In this document: positions 23,501 to 24,333 of the stretch, one piece after another
Layout of the letters: every line of letters starts with the position of its first letter
Numbering within the stretch: the stretch's first letter is position 1
Source of the DNA: Ginkgo biloba
Taxonomy: Eukaryota > Plantae > Ginkgophyta
NCBI GenBank assembly: GCA_024626585.2
Contig: JANKJI020000002.1
Span: 109,897,907-109,922,239, forward strand
Reading direction: 5' to 3'
Length of the DNA: 24,333 nt
Translations under genes and position numbers: made by a program
Notes under the pieces: model-generated
Database searches by the model: none
What the model was told of the DNA's origin: nothing
The model's input: only the letters and a program-made list of their open reading frames with translations

Positions 23501-24333
23501 TAGGATACATGTGCATAGAACCTTGATGAAATTATATTCATTAGAGATTGGAAATTTGTTGGGGCATGTTATAGGTCAAACAATATTATACAAAATCTAT
23601 AAGGAAGGATTGTTTTATGTTTATCCTACATATGAATGAGAATCTAGTAGTATTTAGATTGTAAGGCAATCTTAGAGAAATACTTTACTTTGTACAACTA
23701 GTCTAATATGATGTTGATCCTTGGCATAAGGAGCTTATTTTTTATTATGATTTTATTTAAAGCTCAAAAATCAATGTATGATCCATATTTCTTTCTCATA
23801 AGGACTATCAGTGCTACATATGCACTTTTTTTATGTGTTATGGTGCTCAATTCTAAAAGTTTTCATTACAGACATTTTAATTTTATATTTTAATTGTGGT
23901 TGTACCGATACGACTTTGCGATTATTGGTTCTTTATTTGTCTTGATTTCTATGATGTGCTCCATGCCCCTATTTGGTGATCAAATTTTTGGAAGCTCTTG
24001 AGATATCTTACCAGGGTTTTATAGTACCTATTATAAGTCATCTTACTTTGGAGTTGTGTCTTCATCCACCACTAATTCTACTTATCGGGGTATTGCTTCC
24101 ATAAAATAGAGTTTTGTTATGAATTGGTGTGTACTTGGAGTTGCCACCTTCGTGAAGAGAAATCTGCCAACAAGACAATGGTAAGCACAACGGAATTTAA
24201 TCAAATGAAACAACTCTCAAGTTCACCCAAGGCTAGAGCATGATTCTTTGTATGGATTCTTGAGAGGGATCCTCAATCAATGAATGCTACAAAGGCTGCT
24301 CCAACAAGATACATGAATAGAAATTGCAAAAAT

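Noticed and set aside
1-24333. Fungal RIP, or a prokaryotic defence or retron-like system suggested by RT remnants plus repeats
   Set aside because: The RT, integrase and ORF1 motifs are plant L1 and gypsy types and all are pseudogenised. There is no operon structure, and the decay is adequately explained by methyl-cytosine deamination.

Overview
This looks like non-genic DNA from a large-genome land plant; gymnosperm-like is my inference from element types and decay style. It is AT-rich, strongly CpG-depleted and broken by 12 N-gaps, five of them exactly 100 N. I found no intact host gene, RNA gene, CRISPR array or prokaryotic system. The window is a nested graveyard of decayed retroelements. 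It holds several L1-clade LINE fragments (two in head-to-tail tandem at 150-3000), a well-recognisable Tat/Athila-type Ty3/gypsy integrase on the minus strand (7890-8856) followed by an E/K-rich extra ORF, and a younger plus-strand element end (accessory ORF, polypurine tract, LTR start; 8957-11420). It also has two diverged ~1.3 kb direct repeats 10.07 kb apart that span an LTR/PBS junction, a very decayed gypsy pol (20010-21340) and a LINE ORF1/ORF2 start (22260-23500). The points most worth following up are the clean 18-nt loss of the putative PBS in one repeat copy, the uncharacterised retroelement accessory ORFs, and a CpG-retaining island at 15918-16400. Motif matches were made by eye, with no database searches. 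I cannot support a claim of a novel biological system here.
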